A stretch of DNA of 64,000 bases from Candidatus Latescibacterota bacterium (GTDB lineage Bacteria; Latescibacterota; UBA2968; GCA-2709665), in assembly GCA_963667175.2 (NCBI GenBank), contig CAXXXF010000015.1, positions 832,001-896,000 on the forward strand. Direction: 5' to 3'. Position 1 is the stretch's first letter. Every line of letters starts with the position of its first letter. Shown here piece after piece: positions 1-10,613 of this stretch. The position numbers and the translations under genes are program-made. The notes under the pieces were generated by a model that saw only the letters and a list, made by a program, of their open reading frames with translations, had not been told where the DNA came from and did not search any database.

Positions 1-2
1 AT

Positions 3-1982
3 CCTACCCATACGGAGTACGAGATCCGCTTTGGCGCCGCGCCCGAGAGACCGCCGTTGCGGCCGCAGGAGCACACGCCCATGATCGGCGTCGGAGATCT
101 GCTGCGGTACAATGCAGGAGCGCCCCGGCCGATTACACTCGCCCATTCGATGCGTCTCGTTGACGTCACCGGTAACGGTCGCGCCGATCTGGTGGGGTGC
201 TGGAATTATTATTATCGTCCGGGGTCGCCTGTCAGCGGGATTGCCTGTTATCCTCGAACGGGGCCGGATGAGGACTTTACGTTCGGAAACCTCGCCAGGT
301 TGCGGTACGTAGATCAGCCGGGATCGGGCGAACTCAGGCATTTCCCGGACGTGTACGCCGAGGCGGATTTTGCGGATCTGAACGGTAACGGGCTGCCGGA
401 TATCGTGTACGCGGGGATGCTTGACGATGGCGTGACGGTCTACCTCAATTCAGAAACGCGCGACGGCGGCGGGCTGCCCGTCTTCGTGAAGGACATTGAG
501 ATTCCTGCGCCGGTAGCACAGAACGCGGGGATTCAGATCGTCGATCTGAGCGGGAACGGCACCCTGGATTTGGTGGTCAACGGACATCATATCCGGAATC
601 TGAATCCGGACGGCTGGCCGTTCATCGCCGCCGATCCGGTGGATCTCGCGGTTGGAAAGCAACTCGCGTTTATGGATCTGGACGGTGACGGCCTGCCGGA
701 CGTGATGGCGTTGCCGGTAGGAGGCTGCGACCATGCGCTGACGTGGCGGAAGAATCTGGGCGGGGACCCGCCCCGTTTCGGGCCGGAGCATACGCTGGGA
801 GACCTGAAGCCCGACTTCTGCAGCCGGCTCAGCACGGTAACGGACGGCAAACGGAGCGGGATTCTGGCGCAGCACGATATGTTTCAGAATCTCTCCTTCT
901 ATGAATTCGTCGGAACGCCGGGCGGCCAACCACGTTTCGAAAACCGGGGAAGGGCCCTTTCGGTTTCCGCGGTGATGTCACTGAGCGATCAGTCGTGGCC
1001 CTGTTCGTGCGACTGGAACGGCGACGGGGTTTTCGACCTCGTCATCGGCGGGGGTTACGGGTGGCCTCGCGTGGTCGTCAACAACCGGAGCAATCAGCGA
1101 CCGGCCTGGTCGGAGCCGGAGTTAATTCGTTCCGAAGGACAACCGATCCGTGTGTTGCGCGACGATATCCTGCAAAGCAGCCACTGGCACAATATGGGGT
1201 ATCCCTATCCCGTATTCGTGGACTGGGACGGGGACGGTCTGCCGGACCTGATGCTCCCGAACGAAACGAACCGGATCGTCTGGTATCGAAATACCGGTAC
1301 CTTGAAGGAACCCAGGTTTGGCCCCCGCAGGTACCTTGAAGTGGATGGTTTCCCGGATTCCGATGAACTTCGGGCGGAATCGGGCACGGCTGCGTCCGAC
1401 GAGACCCGGCCCAACAGTCCCTATCCCCGCGACGAGCGCTCGCCCTTCTTCTGGAGGACCGGCGCGGCGTTCGCGGACTGGAACGGCGACGGGATGATGG
1501 ATTTTATCGCACACGACCATACGCGCAAAGCGACCCTGTTCCTTCAGTATCGGGACGACGACGGCCGCCGCCGGCTCAAGCACGGTGGCCATGTGCGCCT
1601 GGCGGACGGGCGGAAGATCGACGATTCCATTGTGGGCCGGACAAAGCACTGGACCGAGTCGTTCCGCGCCGTGGATTGGGACGGAAACGGGTTGATCGAC
1701 CTGGTGTATAACCTTGCGGGGACGGGGAAGATCTACCTGCTGCGCAACGTGGGGTCGGCGGATGCGCCGGTTTTCGATCTCCCGAGGAAATTCAGGTGCT
1801 ACGGCGAGGAGATCGCGTTTACCGTTCATGGCCCGAACGCGTGGCCTGGAGACTTGAATGGCGATGGAAAGCCCGATCTGCTGGGGTGTGTGGAGTGGAG
1901 CGTGTACCCCTTCTACTGTCACGCGGCCCTGGAGATGGCGCGTCACCCCGTGTACAGGATCGGTCCGGCGCGAAGCGTGTAG
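3..1982 (+). CDS. FG-GAP/VCBS repeat protein (5' end outside the window)
   Basis: Many D(W/L)(D/N)GDGxxDL repeats; the frame is open back to the window start. Confidence 0.85.
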   Translation, partial: PTHTEYEIRFGAAPERPPLRPQEHTPMIGVGDLLRYNAGAPRPITLAHSMRLVDVTGNGRADLVGCWNYYYRPGSPVSGIACYPRTGPDEDFTFGNLARLRYVDQPGSGELRHFPDVYAEADFADLNGNGLPDIVYAGMLDDGVTVYLNSETRDGGGLPVFVKDIEIPAPVAQNAGIQIVDLSGNGTLDLVVNGHHIRNLNPDGWPFIAADPVDLAVGKQLAFMDLDGDGLPDVMALPVGGCDHALTWRKNLGGDPPRFGPEHTLGDLKPDFCSRLSTVTDGKRSGILAQHDMFQNLSFYEFVGTPGGQPRFENRGRALSVSAVMSLSDQSWPCSCDWNGDGVFDLVIGGGYGWPRVVVNNRSNQRPAWSEPELIRSEGQPIRVLRDDILQSSHWHNMGYPYPVFVDWDGDGLPDLMLPNETNRIVWYRNTGTLKEPRFGPRRYLEVDGFPDSDELRAESGTAASDETRPNSPYPRDERSPFFWRTGAAFADWNGDGMMDFIAHDHTRKATLFLQYRDDDGRRRLKHGGHVRLADGRKIDDSIVGRTKHWTESFRAVDWDGNGLIDLVYNLAGTGKIYLLRNVGSADAPVFDLPRKFRCYGEEIAFTVHGPNAWPGDLNGDGKPDLLGCVEWSVYPFYCHAALEMARHPVYRIGPARSV

Positions 1983-2026
1983 ATCCCGGCGCACCGGCTC
2001 GCCGATGACGGCATTGTCTCCACAGT

Positions 2027-2878
2027 TCAATCCGTCGTCGAGGGTTCGGCGATGGCCTGCCGGCGGGCGTCGTCAAGCGCGCGGTAGCAGGATTCCGCGG
2101 CGTGCCACGGGTCGTAATCGGGCCGATTCCAGATCATGGCGCTGACTTCGGCGCTGACGGGTACTTCGGAACCGGCGTCGAGCAGGGTCTGGAAGTATGC
2201 GACGAGATCAAGGCTGCCCTGGCCGGGCAACAGGAAGGTCACGGCGCCGTCTGTCATGTACCCGTCCTTGACGTGAATGTGGACGGTATGCGGAAGGCAG
2301 AGGTCCGCCGCGCGTTTGAGGTCGATGCCCTGCACGTGAAAGTGGCTGTGGTCGAAGTGGATTTTGAGGTTGGGAAGTCGGGTATGATTCATCAGCCACG
2401 CCGCTTTCTCGGGCGTGTCGAAGAACGCGCCAACGTGCGGTTCCACGGCCAGGATCACATGATGTTCGGCTGCAATGTCCGCAAGTTCCACCAGGTCGGC
2501 GGCGACGGCTTCCCTGTCGGCCTCCCAGTCGCTGAGGGGACCGCTCACCGTGGTGGTGACGATGCTGTGGGAGTCGCCATGATTCAGTTCCGCGGCAAGG
2601 ATGCAATTCTGGATAAATCGAGTCCGCATCGCCCGCCGGTCGCTGCCCCGGACGCACGTGGCGACGGGTCCGAAGAGAGCCGGCGGCGGGAAGCCCAGAT
2701 CGCGCAACGTTCCGGCAAGTTTTCGCCGCGCGTTCCGGTCCAGCTTCCCGGGCGCGGTGGGCCATGCGTCGCCGACGGCGATTTCGACGGCGTCGTAGCC
2801 GATCGCGCGGATCTTCGGCAGGGCTTCGAATACGTCGACACGCTGTGTGGCGTAGGTGCTGAAACCGATCGGGATCAT
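2027..2878 (-). CDS. Sugar phosphate isomerase/epimerase (xylose isomerase-like TIM barrel)
   Basis: GYDAVEI, LAVEPH, HFDHSH, HIHVKD, LPGQGSLD, SAE motifs. Confidence 0.85.
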   Translation of the reverse strand: MIPIGFSTYATQRVDVFEALPKIRAIGYDAVEIAVGDAWPTAPGKLDRNARRKLAGTLRDLGFPPPALFGPVATCVRGSDRRAMRTRFIQNCILAAELNHGDSHSIVTTTVSGPLSDWEADREAVAADLVELADIAAEHHVILAVEPHVGAFFDTPEKAAWLMNHTRLPNLKIHFDHSHFHVQGIDLKRAADLCLPHTVHIHVKDGYMTDGAVTFLLPGQGSLDLVAYFQTLLDAGSEVPVSAEVSAMIWNRPDYDPWHAAESCYRALDDARRQAIAEPSTTD

Positions 2879-2889
2879 ATCAAAACCGA

Positions 2890-3195
2890 ATAAAGGAAGA
2901 AGGAAGAACGTGAAGAGCGGGAAGACGGTAGAGGTGAGACGGTAGAGGACGTCTTCGCCCGTTTGAGCCTTCCTTTATGCCTCCGGCAAGAGATAAAACC
3001 CCACGGGGCAATAAAACCTGTGAGACGTGAGACGGTAGAGGATTACGTTTCCACAGTGTTTTCACATTAACCGTGCGTGTTTTTTTATTGTTATCGTAAC
3101 GACAAAACAAAAACCATAGGGCACTGATATCATCTCCCCTCTCCCCTTGGGTAAGGGGCAGGGGAAAGGTTGCTTTTGATTCAAGCTGACTGCTG
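2890..3195. repeat. Composite intergenic repeat (GAAGAAG and GTGAGAC heptamers, CTCCCC..GGGG hairpin, CTTTTGATTCAAGCTGAC)
   Basis: The same modules recur at 15280-15365 and 16370-16470. Confidence 0.6.
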
Positions 3196-3327
3196 TACGC
3201 TGAACGCGAATGGCTGTTCTCTATCTTCGAGACCCGCCGGGTCGCGGTACTCGAAGATAGAGAACATAACGCATGTGTCAAGCGGCGATGAGGCAGGTAT
3301 GCCGGGATTTTGAGAAAGAGCTTCGAT

Positions 3328-4566
3328 ATGGAGCGGATCAACCTGGGTCTCGTAGGGTGCGGCGGCATGGGCACGCGGCACCTCTATGGTCTGCGGACGC
3401 TCGCACGGTCACCATTCAACAGGATCGAGTTGCGGGCGTTGTGCGACGTCAATCGGGAGAACGCCGAGTTGGCGGCCGTAGAAGCCAGGAAACTGCTCGG
3501 AGCGGAGCCGGCGATCTATACAGATTTGGAGGCAATGGCCGCTGCGACGCCGGAACTGCATGCTGTCGACGTGGTGACCGATCCTGCGGTGCATCACGAG
3601 GTTGTCTGCACGGCACTGGACCTGGGCCTGCATGTGATGGTGGAAAAGCCGATGGCGATTACCGTGCGGGCCTGTCTGATGATGATTCAGGCGGCGGAAC
3701 GGAACCGGCGCGTGCTTTCCGTGGCGGAGAACTACCGGCGGGACCCGTCGGCGCGTCTGGTCCGACATATGGTGGGCGCCGGCGCGATAGGGGTCCCGTA
3801 CATGGGCCTGTTTCACGAGGTGAGCGGGAGCGATCGGATATTCATTACCCCGTGGCGCCACCTCAAGAATCGCGGCGGGCCGCTGCTGGACATGGGCGTG
3901 CACTATACCGACCTGATCCGCTATCAATTGGGGGATATCCGCGACGTGTACGGCGACGTGCGGCTTGTGGAGCCGGTTCGGCGAAAGGCCGAGACGACGT
4001 GGAGGCCCTATGAGTTCTACCGGAAGCAATTCGAAAATATGGAACCCGTCGTCCGGGCCGACGCCGAGGATTCGTCCGTGGCGATGTTTCGAATGGCTGG
4101 CGGCGCCACGGTGAGTTGGGTGGTTGGCCTGGGAGGATACGGGGGATGCAGCGCACAGCTGATTCTTGGGACGGAGGGGTGCATGGAGGGATTCGGAACC
4201 CGCGGCGGACGGGTGCGGATGCGTCGCGGGCGGGGCGATTTCCAGGAACAGGAGGAGATGCTGGCATCCGCGGACGGCTTCGAGCTGGATCCCGTGTCGT
4301 CGCATTTCTTCCCGTCCGGGCAAACGTCGGCCGATCGCGAGGTCGACAGGAAGCTGCTTGCCATCGAGTATTACGAATTGGGCGAGGCCATTGCCGAGGG
4401 CAAGGCCGTGGAGGTGGACGGGTTGGAGGGAATGAAGGACGTGGCCGCGGTATACGCGGTGTTCGAGTCCGCGGCGGCGGGATCCACCGTGCGGGTGGCG
4501 GACGTGGAAAGCGGCGAAATCGACGCCTATCAGGCGGACATTGACGCGGCGCTGGGTATTTCGTGA
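3328..4566 (+). CDS. Gfo/Idh/MocA family oxidoreductase
   Basis: GLVGCGGMG Rossmann motif, HVMVEKPMA, GGPLLDMGVHYTD. Confidence 0.92.
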   Translation: MERINLGLVGCGGMGTRHLYGLRTLARSPFNRIELRALCDVNRENAELAAVEARKLLGAEPAIYTDLEAMAAATPELHAVDVVTDPAVHHEVVCTALDLGLHVMVEKPMAITVRACLMMIQAAERNRRVLSVAENYRRDPSARLVRHMVGAGAIGVPYMGLFHEVSGSDRIFITPWRHLKNRGGPLLDMGVHYTDLIRYQLGDIRDVYGDVRLVEPVRRKAETTWRPYEFYRKQFENMEPVVRADAEDSSVAMFRMAGGATVSWVVGLGGYGGCSAQLILGTEGCMEGFGTRGGRVRMRRGRGDFQEQEEMLASADGFELDPVSSHFFPSGQTSADREVDRKLLAIEYYELGEAIAEGKAVEVDGLEGMKDVAAVYAVFESAAAGSTVRVADVESGEIDAYQADIDAALGIS

Positions 4567-6027
4567 ATGGAGCGTGAAATGCCGGAAGATCGACCGAACG
4601 TGGTGTTGATCACCACCGATCAGCAACGCGGGGATTGCGTGGGTCTGGATCCGAACGCGCCGGAAGTCCTGCAGACCCCCAACCTCGATTGGCTGGGGGG
4701 AACGGGAGCATTTTTCGCGCGTGGATATTCGGAGTGCCCGAGCTGCATTCCCGCCAGGCGTTCCCTGATGACGGGTACGGCGCCCGCGGCCAATGGAGTT
4801 GTCGGATTTCAGCCGGCGGACTGGGAACCGGCGCATACCCTGGCGGGCGAACTTTCCAGGGCGGGCTATCAGACGGAGATGATCGGGAAGCTACACCTGT
4901 CGCCGGCGCGAAGGCGGTACGGATTCGACCATATGCAGCTCGCGGACGGGACGCGTGGGCGGGAAAACGACTACGTGGACTGGTTGCGCGAGCGTCACGG
5001 GCGTACGGAGGTGGACCCCGGTATGGCGCACGGGGCTTCGTCAAACGGCTGGGTGGGTCGGCCGCACCATCTGCCCGAGGAGCAGATGCATACGTTCTGG
5101 TGCGTGGACCGGGCCATGGCGTTTCTTCAGAAACGGGATCCGGCTGCGCCCTTCTTCCTGAATCTGTCCTTCATCGACCCGCATCCGCCGTTGACGCCGC
5201 CTCAGATCCATTATGACCGCTACGTCAATCGCGATTTGCCGGAACCCGTTGTGGGAGATTGGGCGCCCGAATTCGATGGGCCGCGGAAGGGGTTGGATCC
5301 CGACGCCTCGGAGATCTGTCTCAGTGCGCAGGACATGCAGTGCGCGCGCGCGGCGTACTACGGGATGGTGAATTTCATCGACGACCAGATCGGTCGGCTG
5401 ATTCAGTTCGCGCGGGGTCTGCTGAATGAGAGTCTTATCATCTTCACGTCGGACCACGGGGAAATGCTCGGGGACCATCACCTGTTCCGGAAAACGTGGC
5501 CCTACGAGGCGTCGGCGCGGGTGCCGTATCTGATCAGACCGCCGCGGAGCTGGGGGGCGCCGGAATCGGTGACCTGTCGAACGCCGGTGGGGATTCAGGA
5601 TATCATGCCGACAATTTTGGATGCCTGCGGCCTTGAAGTACCGGAGACCTGTACGGGAAGGAGCCTGGCGCCGGTGTTGCGCGGCGAATCGGAAGGCGTA
5701 CGCGACGTCTTGCACGGCGAGCATTCCGGGTGTTACGCGTACGAGCACGGAAATCACTATGTGACGGATGGGCGCCACAAGTACATCTGGTACACGCAGA
5801 CGGGCCGAGAGCACCTGTTCAACCTGGACGAAGACCCGCATGAAATGAAAGAGCTGGCGATGGACTACGGCGCGGAGGGACGGTTGGGGATCTGGCGAAA
5901 GCGGCTGGCGGGGTTCCTCAGAGACAGACCGGAAGGGTTCACGGACGGGGAGACGTTGATTGCCGGCCGGAAACATCGGTCGGTGATGCCGGGATACGAA
6001 CCGGCGAGGATGTTTCCGTTTCTTTAG
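4567..6027 (+). CDS. Cys-type (formylglycine) sulfatase
   Basis: PNVVLITTDQQR, CIPARRSLMTG (CxPxR), GKLH, FTSDHGEMLGDH. Confidence 0.93.
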   Translation: MEREMPEDRPNVVLITTDQQRGDCVGLDPNAPEVLQTPNLDWLGGTGAFFARGYSECPSCIPARRSLMTGTAPAANGVVGFQPADWEPAHTLAGELSRAGYQTEMIGKLHLSPARRRYGFDHMQLADGTRGRENDYVDWLRERHGRTEVDPGMAHGASSNGWVGRPHHLPEEQMHTFWCVDRAMAFLQKRDPAAPFFLNLSFIDPHPPLTPPQIHYDRYVNRDLPEPVVGDWAPEFDGPRKGLDPDASEICLSAQDMQCARAAYYGMVNFIDDQIGRLIQFARGLLNESLIIFTSDHGEMLGDHHLFRKTWPYEASARVPYLIRPPRSWGAPESVTCRTPVGIQDIMPTILDACGLEVPETCTGRSLAPVLRGESEGVRDVLHGEHSGCYAYEHGNHYVTDGRHKYIWYTQTGREHLFNLDEDPHEMKELAMDYGAEGRLGIWRKRLAGFLRDRPEGFTDGETLIAGRKHRSVMPGYEPARMFPFL

Positions 6028-6104
6028 AAGCTACTTAGGTTGAATCCCCACGGCCGGCGCGACCCGAAGCCCAACGGACCGTTCGCCGGCGCTGATGGTT
6101 TCAA

Positions 6105-6133
6105 TTGCCGGGGCCGGTCACGCCCGCTATATT
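6105..6133 (+). promoter_or_regulatory. Putative sigma70 promoter
   Basis: TTGCCG-17 bp-TATATT upstream of the 6236 ORF; same GCTATATTTC context as the ssrA promoter. Confidence 0.45.
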
Positions 6134-6235
6134 TCAGCGATGGTTCCTGCGCGATGTTCAGTCTGATGCATCGCGTATACGGCAATCGCGCCGAACTCGT
6201 GAAACCCTATCGGTCCAGAGAAAGGAGAAGCGGGA

Positions 6236-6664
6236 ATGGATTCGTTCAAACGCATCGTCGGTGTCTATCTGATCCTCGTGGCCGCCGTGGTTGCCATCCA
6301 CACGGTCGCCGAACCGCTGTATTACACGTCCACTGAGGCAAGTCCGTACAGCCCGCACTGGAACAAGATCAACGCGCTTATGGTGCTGGCGATCGTATTG
6401 GGTCTGGTTTTTGGGTGCATGCGCAAGCGAAGCGTTGGCGGCGAGGAAGGAAGCGCGGTTACCCGGGAGTACCTGGAAGCGCACGTCCTGTTCTACGGCC
6501 TTCTTTTTGTCGGAATCCTGTTTTTCTGGAATTTCTTCAACCTGCACAGTCCCGGCTTTACGGCGATTGCGCACGAGATCGTATCGGCGGTGTGGATTTT
6601 GATCGACGCCGCCCTGCCGATCATCCTGGGCGCAATGGGCGCCTCTCTGCTCAGATCCCGGTGA
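6236..6664 (+). CDS. Hypothetical four-helix membrane protein
   Basis: AAGGAG RBS and four hydrophobic segments. Confidence 0.75.
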   Translation: MDSFKRIVGVYLILVAAVVAIHTVAEPLYYTSTEASPYSPHWNKINALMVLAIVLGLVFGCMRKRSVGGEEGSAVTREYLEAHVLFYGLLFVGILFFWNFFNLHSPGFTAIAHEIVSAVWILIDAALPIILGAMGASLLRSR

Positions 6665-6723
6665 AAATTCCCAATACAGCACGCCTGGCGCATGACTGGC
6701 GCACCCGCGAGGTGAATGAATAA

Positions 6724-6972
6724 CAGTCCATTGAAAAAGTCGCTCTGCAGGCGAGGTATGGTGTCCCGTTCCGGAAATATGTCACCATTCATCCGCCTGC
6801 CTGCGCAGCGTACTGCGCTGCAGGCAGGCCGATTCAACCCATCTGGCGGCGTTGCCTTCCCTCGCCGACCTGTCCAGTTTCTTCTTCGTCCTTTTTCTTA
6901 TAGCGCGTAAGAAAAAGGACCAAAAAGAACCGCGCCTGCCTGCCGAGCAGGCTTCGGCGCAGGCAGGCCGCT
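6724..6972. repeat. MITE-like end plus CCTGCCTGC..GCAGGCAGG palindromes
   Basis: CAGTCCATTGAAAAAGTCGCTCTGCAGGC matches the end of the 30767-30868 element (inverted); palindromes at about 6795-6830 and 6934-6970. Confidence 0.6.
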
Positions 6973-7253
6973 CAGACGCCGCGGGGCTGCTTTTCCGCGA
7001 ACCGCCTCCGTGAAGAAAACGTGCGCCGTTGCCCTGTAACCCTCGCAGGCGTTCCCGGACGCTGGTGCTGGACGGACTCGCGCGGAAAAGCCCCATCCAC
7101 TACCACCGGGCGGGCAGAGGGTCCTCCAGGAAGGTCAATCTGACGGAATCGTGGGGGCGCCGCCATTTGCCTTTTGCTGTTTGTCTTTGGTTTTGGCTGA
7201 CTGCTGAGAGCTGATTGCTGATCGCTGCTTTTCTCCGGCTGAATTCAGGCAAC

Positions 7254-8174
7254 TTATTTCCGGGACAGAACACTGTCACCAGGCGGTGCGCAGGTCGATC
7301 GCGGGCAAAGTTGCTGGATCAGCAGGCCGGCGACGATGAGAACCAGCCCGATGGGGGTGGAGAGGAGGATTTCTTCGCCGACCAGGAAATGGATGAAGAC
7401 CAGGGAGACAAACGGAGAGACGAAGATCAGGTTGGCAACTCTGGCCGTTGTTTCGGAAAGCCGCAGGGCGATGAGCCAGAAGACGAAGGCGATGCCCATT
7501 TCGACAAGCCCCACGTAGGCTGCGCCCAGAAGGCCGTAGGGACTGGAAACATGGAGGTCCGAAAAGAGCAGGCAGAGGACGAAGAGAAACGGCAGCGCAA
7601 ACGCGAAGTTCAGAAAGAGGCCCACAACCTCGTCGCGTTCATCCCGCGTATTGTAAATCCAGTATAACGCCCATACGATCGTACTGCCAAGGGCCAGGGC
7701 GACTCCCAGGGGATCTGAGAGCCGGAAGTCCAGGATGTTGCCGCGCGTGGAGATCACCAGAACGCCTGCATAACATACGAACCCCGCGAGAATTTCCTGT
7801 GGTTTCATCCGCTGTTTCAATAGCGGAATCGAGAGGATCGAGAGCGTGATCGCCCAGGTGTAGTTCAGGGGCTGGGCTTCCTGAGCGGGAAGAAGATCGT
7901 ACGCCTTGAAGAGGATCAGGTAGTAGAGGCAGGGATTGAGCAGGCCGAGAACGACGGATTTCAGATATTGTCGTGTTGAGTACGAATAAACTAGACGCTG
8001 TTTGCCCTGGAAGACGACAATGAGTCCCAGGGTCAACGTTGACGCAAGGCCGGCATAGAATAGAAGCTGCAGGGGATCCAGGTATCGAAGGGAGATCTCG
8101 AAGGCGGAGGCGACGGTGGACCAGAGAAGAACCGTGGCGACGGCGTAGAGGCAGGCTTTATTCTGGTCGCGCAT
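7254..8174 (-). CDS. EamA/DMT family transporter
   Basis: About ten TM segments; LLWST, LNYTW, LIFVSP motifs. Confidence 0.88.
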   Translation of the reverse strand: MRDQNKACLYAVATVLLWSTVASAFEISLRYLDPLQLLFYAGLASTLTLGLIVVFQGKQRLVYSYSTRQYLKSVVLGLLNPCLYYLILFKAYDLLPAQEAQPLNYTWAITLSILSIPLLKQRMKPQEILAGFVCYAGVLVISTRGNILDFRLSDPLGVALALGSTIVWALYWIYNTRDERDEVVGLFLNFAFALPFLFVLCLLFSDLHVSSPYGLLGAAYVGLVEMGIAFVFWLIALRLSETTARVANLIFVSPFVSLVFIHFLVGEEILLSTPIGLVLIVAGLLIQQLCPRSTCAPPGDSVLSRK

Positions 8175-8192
8175 CAAGGGTATGGGAAACGA

Positions 8193-8217
8193 GGGCGACC
8201 ACAAGGGTCGCCCCTAC
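8193..8217 (-). repeat. GTAG-type REP-like palindrome
   Basis: Minus strand GTAG-GGGCGACC-CTTGT-GGTCGCCC. Confidence 0.55.
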
Positions 8218-8309
8218 GAAAACCAGACGATAGCGAAATGATTTCGTGAGGCCGTAACGCCAACCGGTTCAAGCCGACGGCTGTTTGCTGATCGCTGACT
8301 GCGTCTTTT

Positions 8310-9245
8310 CTATTCTTTCTCGACTTTATCCAGTTTGCGTTCGTAACTCATATCGATTTCGGCGCGGATATTGTCCACGGGTTTCCGGTGGTCCACCCGC
8401 CGTACCTCGGGGCGCGTGAGGTTCGTCCTTATCTTGTGAGAGATGACGATGCCGCGCGTGGCGTCGATAACCCAGGTACCCTTGCCTTCTCCGGATCCGT
8501 CGACGACAAGCTGAAGGGATCCGATGCGGACAGGCGCTCTGAAACGGACTTTTCTGTCTTCCTCGAACGTGACGATCTTATTCCCCTTCCTGGCGCCGAC
8601 GTTTTTTACTTTGTAATTGCTCTTGAGTTCCACAATCGCCTCGTCATCCAACACCAGTATCGGGGTCTTGAAATTCGTCTCACCGGTCCATGTATCGCCG
8701 GGTCCGACCGGGTCCGGAGGAAGGACCGGTTGAAGTTCGGGCGTCCAGATCTGCAATAAGTCCGTGAGGACGTCCGGACGGTTGAGTTCCCGTGCGGACT
8801 TGTTGCTCGAGTGCCGTTCAACCGTTCCGTCCGACGAGAGAAACCACGTGAGTTCCCAGTCGTCCAACTGCTCCAGCGTATAGGGAAACTGGTCGTGCGT
8901 CAGACGTTTGTTTTCGAAGAAAAAGCCGTTGACGGCCTTGCTCACGGTGGCGACGAGGCGCGTGGCATTTTCGCTGGACTCACCATCTGCACCGGCATGG
9001 ATAATTTCCCGGCTTCGCCATTCGCCCCTGATCTCGCCCGAGGTAAATCCCCGCTTCGTGCGTCCGGGCACAATCACTTCCGAGCGATCGCTTTTGAAGG
9101 TAAAGGAATACTTGTGCTTGTATTTGACGGTACGACCGTCCGGATAGGTGACCTGAAGCGCGACTTTGTCCGCGGCACGAATGGAAGCGCCTGATGACAA
9201 CAGCAACGCCAGACACAGGACCGACAGCATGCCCAGGGATTTCAT
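8310..9245 (-). CDS. Secreted beta-rich hypothetical protein
   Basis: AGGAGG RBS; signal peptide MKSLGMLSVLCLALLLSSGASIRA; LPxxPVGPGDTW motif. Confidence 0.75.
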   Translation of the reverse strand: MKSLGMLSVLCLALLLSSGASIRAADKVALQVTYPDGRTVKYKHKYSFTFKSDRSEVIVPGRTKRGFTSGEIRGEWRSREIIHAGADGESSENATRLVATVSKAVNGFFFENKRLTHDQFPYTLEQLDDWELTWFLSSDGTVERHSSNKSARELNRPDVLTDLLQIWTPELQPVLPPDPVGPGDTWTGETNFKTPILVLDDEAIVELKSNYKVKNVGARKGNKIVTFEEDRKVRFRAPVRIGSLQLVVDGSGEGKGTWVIDATRGIVISHKIRTNLTRPEVRRVDHRKPVDNIRAEIDMSYERKLDKVEKE

Positions 9246-9271
9246 GTTGAGTCCTCCTTTGTGAACGACCG

Positions 9272-10525
9272 TCACTTGAAAAGAAGCCCGAAATAAAAGA
9301 GAGGGCTGAAGAGCTTCTTCTTGGGAACAGCGTTGGCGATCATACCGGTGATGAGTTCGCTGATCTGCTGATTCTGCGCCGCCTTCTGAATGACGAGATT
9401 GAGCAGGGGCCGCCAGCGCCCCAGGTCCTGCAGGCGCTTGCTGGTTCTGAGCTCGTCGCCGATGGCATCCCACAGTCGGTCTTCGTATCGTTTCAGGAAG
9501 GCTTCGCTGAAGTCATTCGCCTCCCGGGCTTCGGCGGCGACCTGCGCGGCGAACCGAGCGGCATACAGAGCGTTGCCGATGCCCTCCCCCGTAAAGGGGT
9601 CGATCAGCCCGGCGGCGTCGCCGAGCAGCATGAAACCGCTGCCATAGCTCTTCCTTCGGATGCTGCCGATGGGCAGGTTCCATCCGATGGGTTCTTCCAT
9701 GGCGCGCGCATTCGCGAACCGCCGGTCGAACGGCGGGCGGTTGATCACCGACTGAAGCGCGTCCTTCAGGTTGACTTTGCGGCGTTTGAGGCTGCTGTGC
9801 AGCATGCCGATGCCGACGTTCGCATAGCCGTTCTCAAGGGGAAAGGCCCAGAAGTATCCCGGCAGGACTTCATTGACGAAGTGGAGTTCGATCTGGTCCT
9901 TCAGGCCCGTCACGTTTTCGTAGTAACAGCGCAGGGCAACAACCCAGTGCCGGCCGTCGTGGCGATACTGTCCCGTTCGCCGGGCGACGATGGAGTTGAA
10001 TCCGTCACAACCCAGCACGAGGCTGGCGCGGTACGTGCGCTGTTGTCCGTTGGCGCTGCCGGTTACGCCCGTCACGGTGCCGTTTTTCCGGACAAGGTCC
10101 TTTACCGTAAACCCCTCGATGCACGTATCGACGGATTTACGGGCCTCGCGGAACAGAAAGGCGTCGAATACCGTCCGGCGGATGACAAACCCCTCCATGG
10201 GGAGATCACGCCCGGTACCGACGTCGTGAAGGGTATGCCGCTCCAGGTCGATCCGGGCATCCACGTGATTCGGGCTGCTGAAGACGATCTTATTGATGAA
10301 CGCGCCGGGCAGGTCCCGGATCTTTTCGAGCAGTCCGAGTTCGAGCAGGACAGCCACGGCTTTTCCCGACAGGGCGTCGCCGCAGACTTTGTCTCTGGGA
10401 AAAGTGGATTTGTCCAGCAGAAGGGTCTTGAGACCGTGGCGGGACGCGTACAACGCTGCCGCGGCGCCCGCCGGCCCCGCGCCGACGATGATCAGATCGT
10501 AGGTGGCTCGTTGAAGGTCCGGCAT
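9272..10525 (-). CDS. Geranylgeranyl reductase family FAD oxidoreductase
   Basis: VGAGPAG, FPRDKVCGD, GYFWAFP, LLGDAAGLIDPFTGEGI. Confidence 0.93.
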   Translation of the reverse strand: MPDLQRATYDLIIVGAGPAGAAAALYASRHGLKTLLLDKSTFPRDKVCGDALSGKAVAVLLELGLLEKIRDLPGAFINKIVFSSPNHVDARIDLERHTLHDVGTGRDLPMEGFVIRRTVFDAFLFREARKSVDTCIEGFTVKDLVRKNGTVTGVTGSANGQQRTYRASLVLGCDGFNSIVARRTGQYRHDGRHWVVALRCYYENVTGLKDQIELHFVNEVLPGYFWAFPLENGYANVGIGMLHSSLKRRKVNLKDALQSVINRPPFDRRFANARAMEEPIGWNLPIGSIRRKSYGSGFMLLGDAAGLIDPFTGEGIGNALYAARFAAQVAAEAREANDFSEAFLKRYEDRLWDAIGDELRTSKRLQDLGRWRPLLNLVIQKAAQNQQISELITGMIANAVPKKKLFSPLFYFGLLFK

Positions 10526-10613
10526 GGAATCTCAGAATTGCAACGTCGTTGAATTCGTCCTTCGGTACCACGTAACTTATTCTGATCGGGCGCCCGCGTC
10601 AAGCGGGAAAACC

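Noticed and set aside
2880-3374. 164-aa minus-strand ORF
   Set aside because: Spans intergenic repeats and a divergent promoter region; no recognisable motifs
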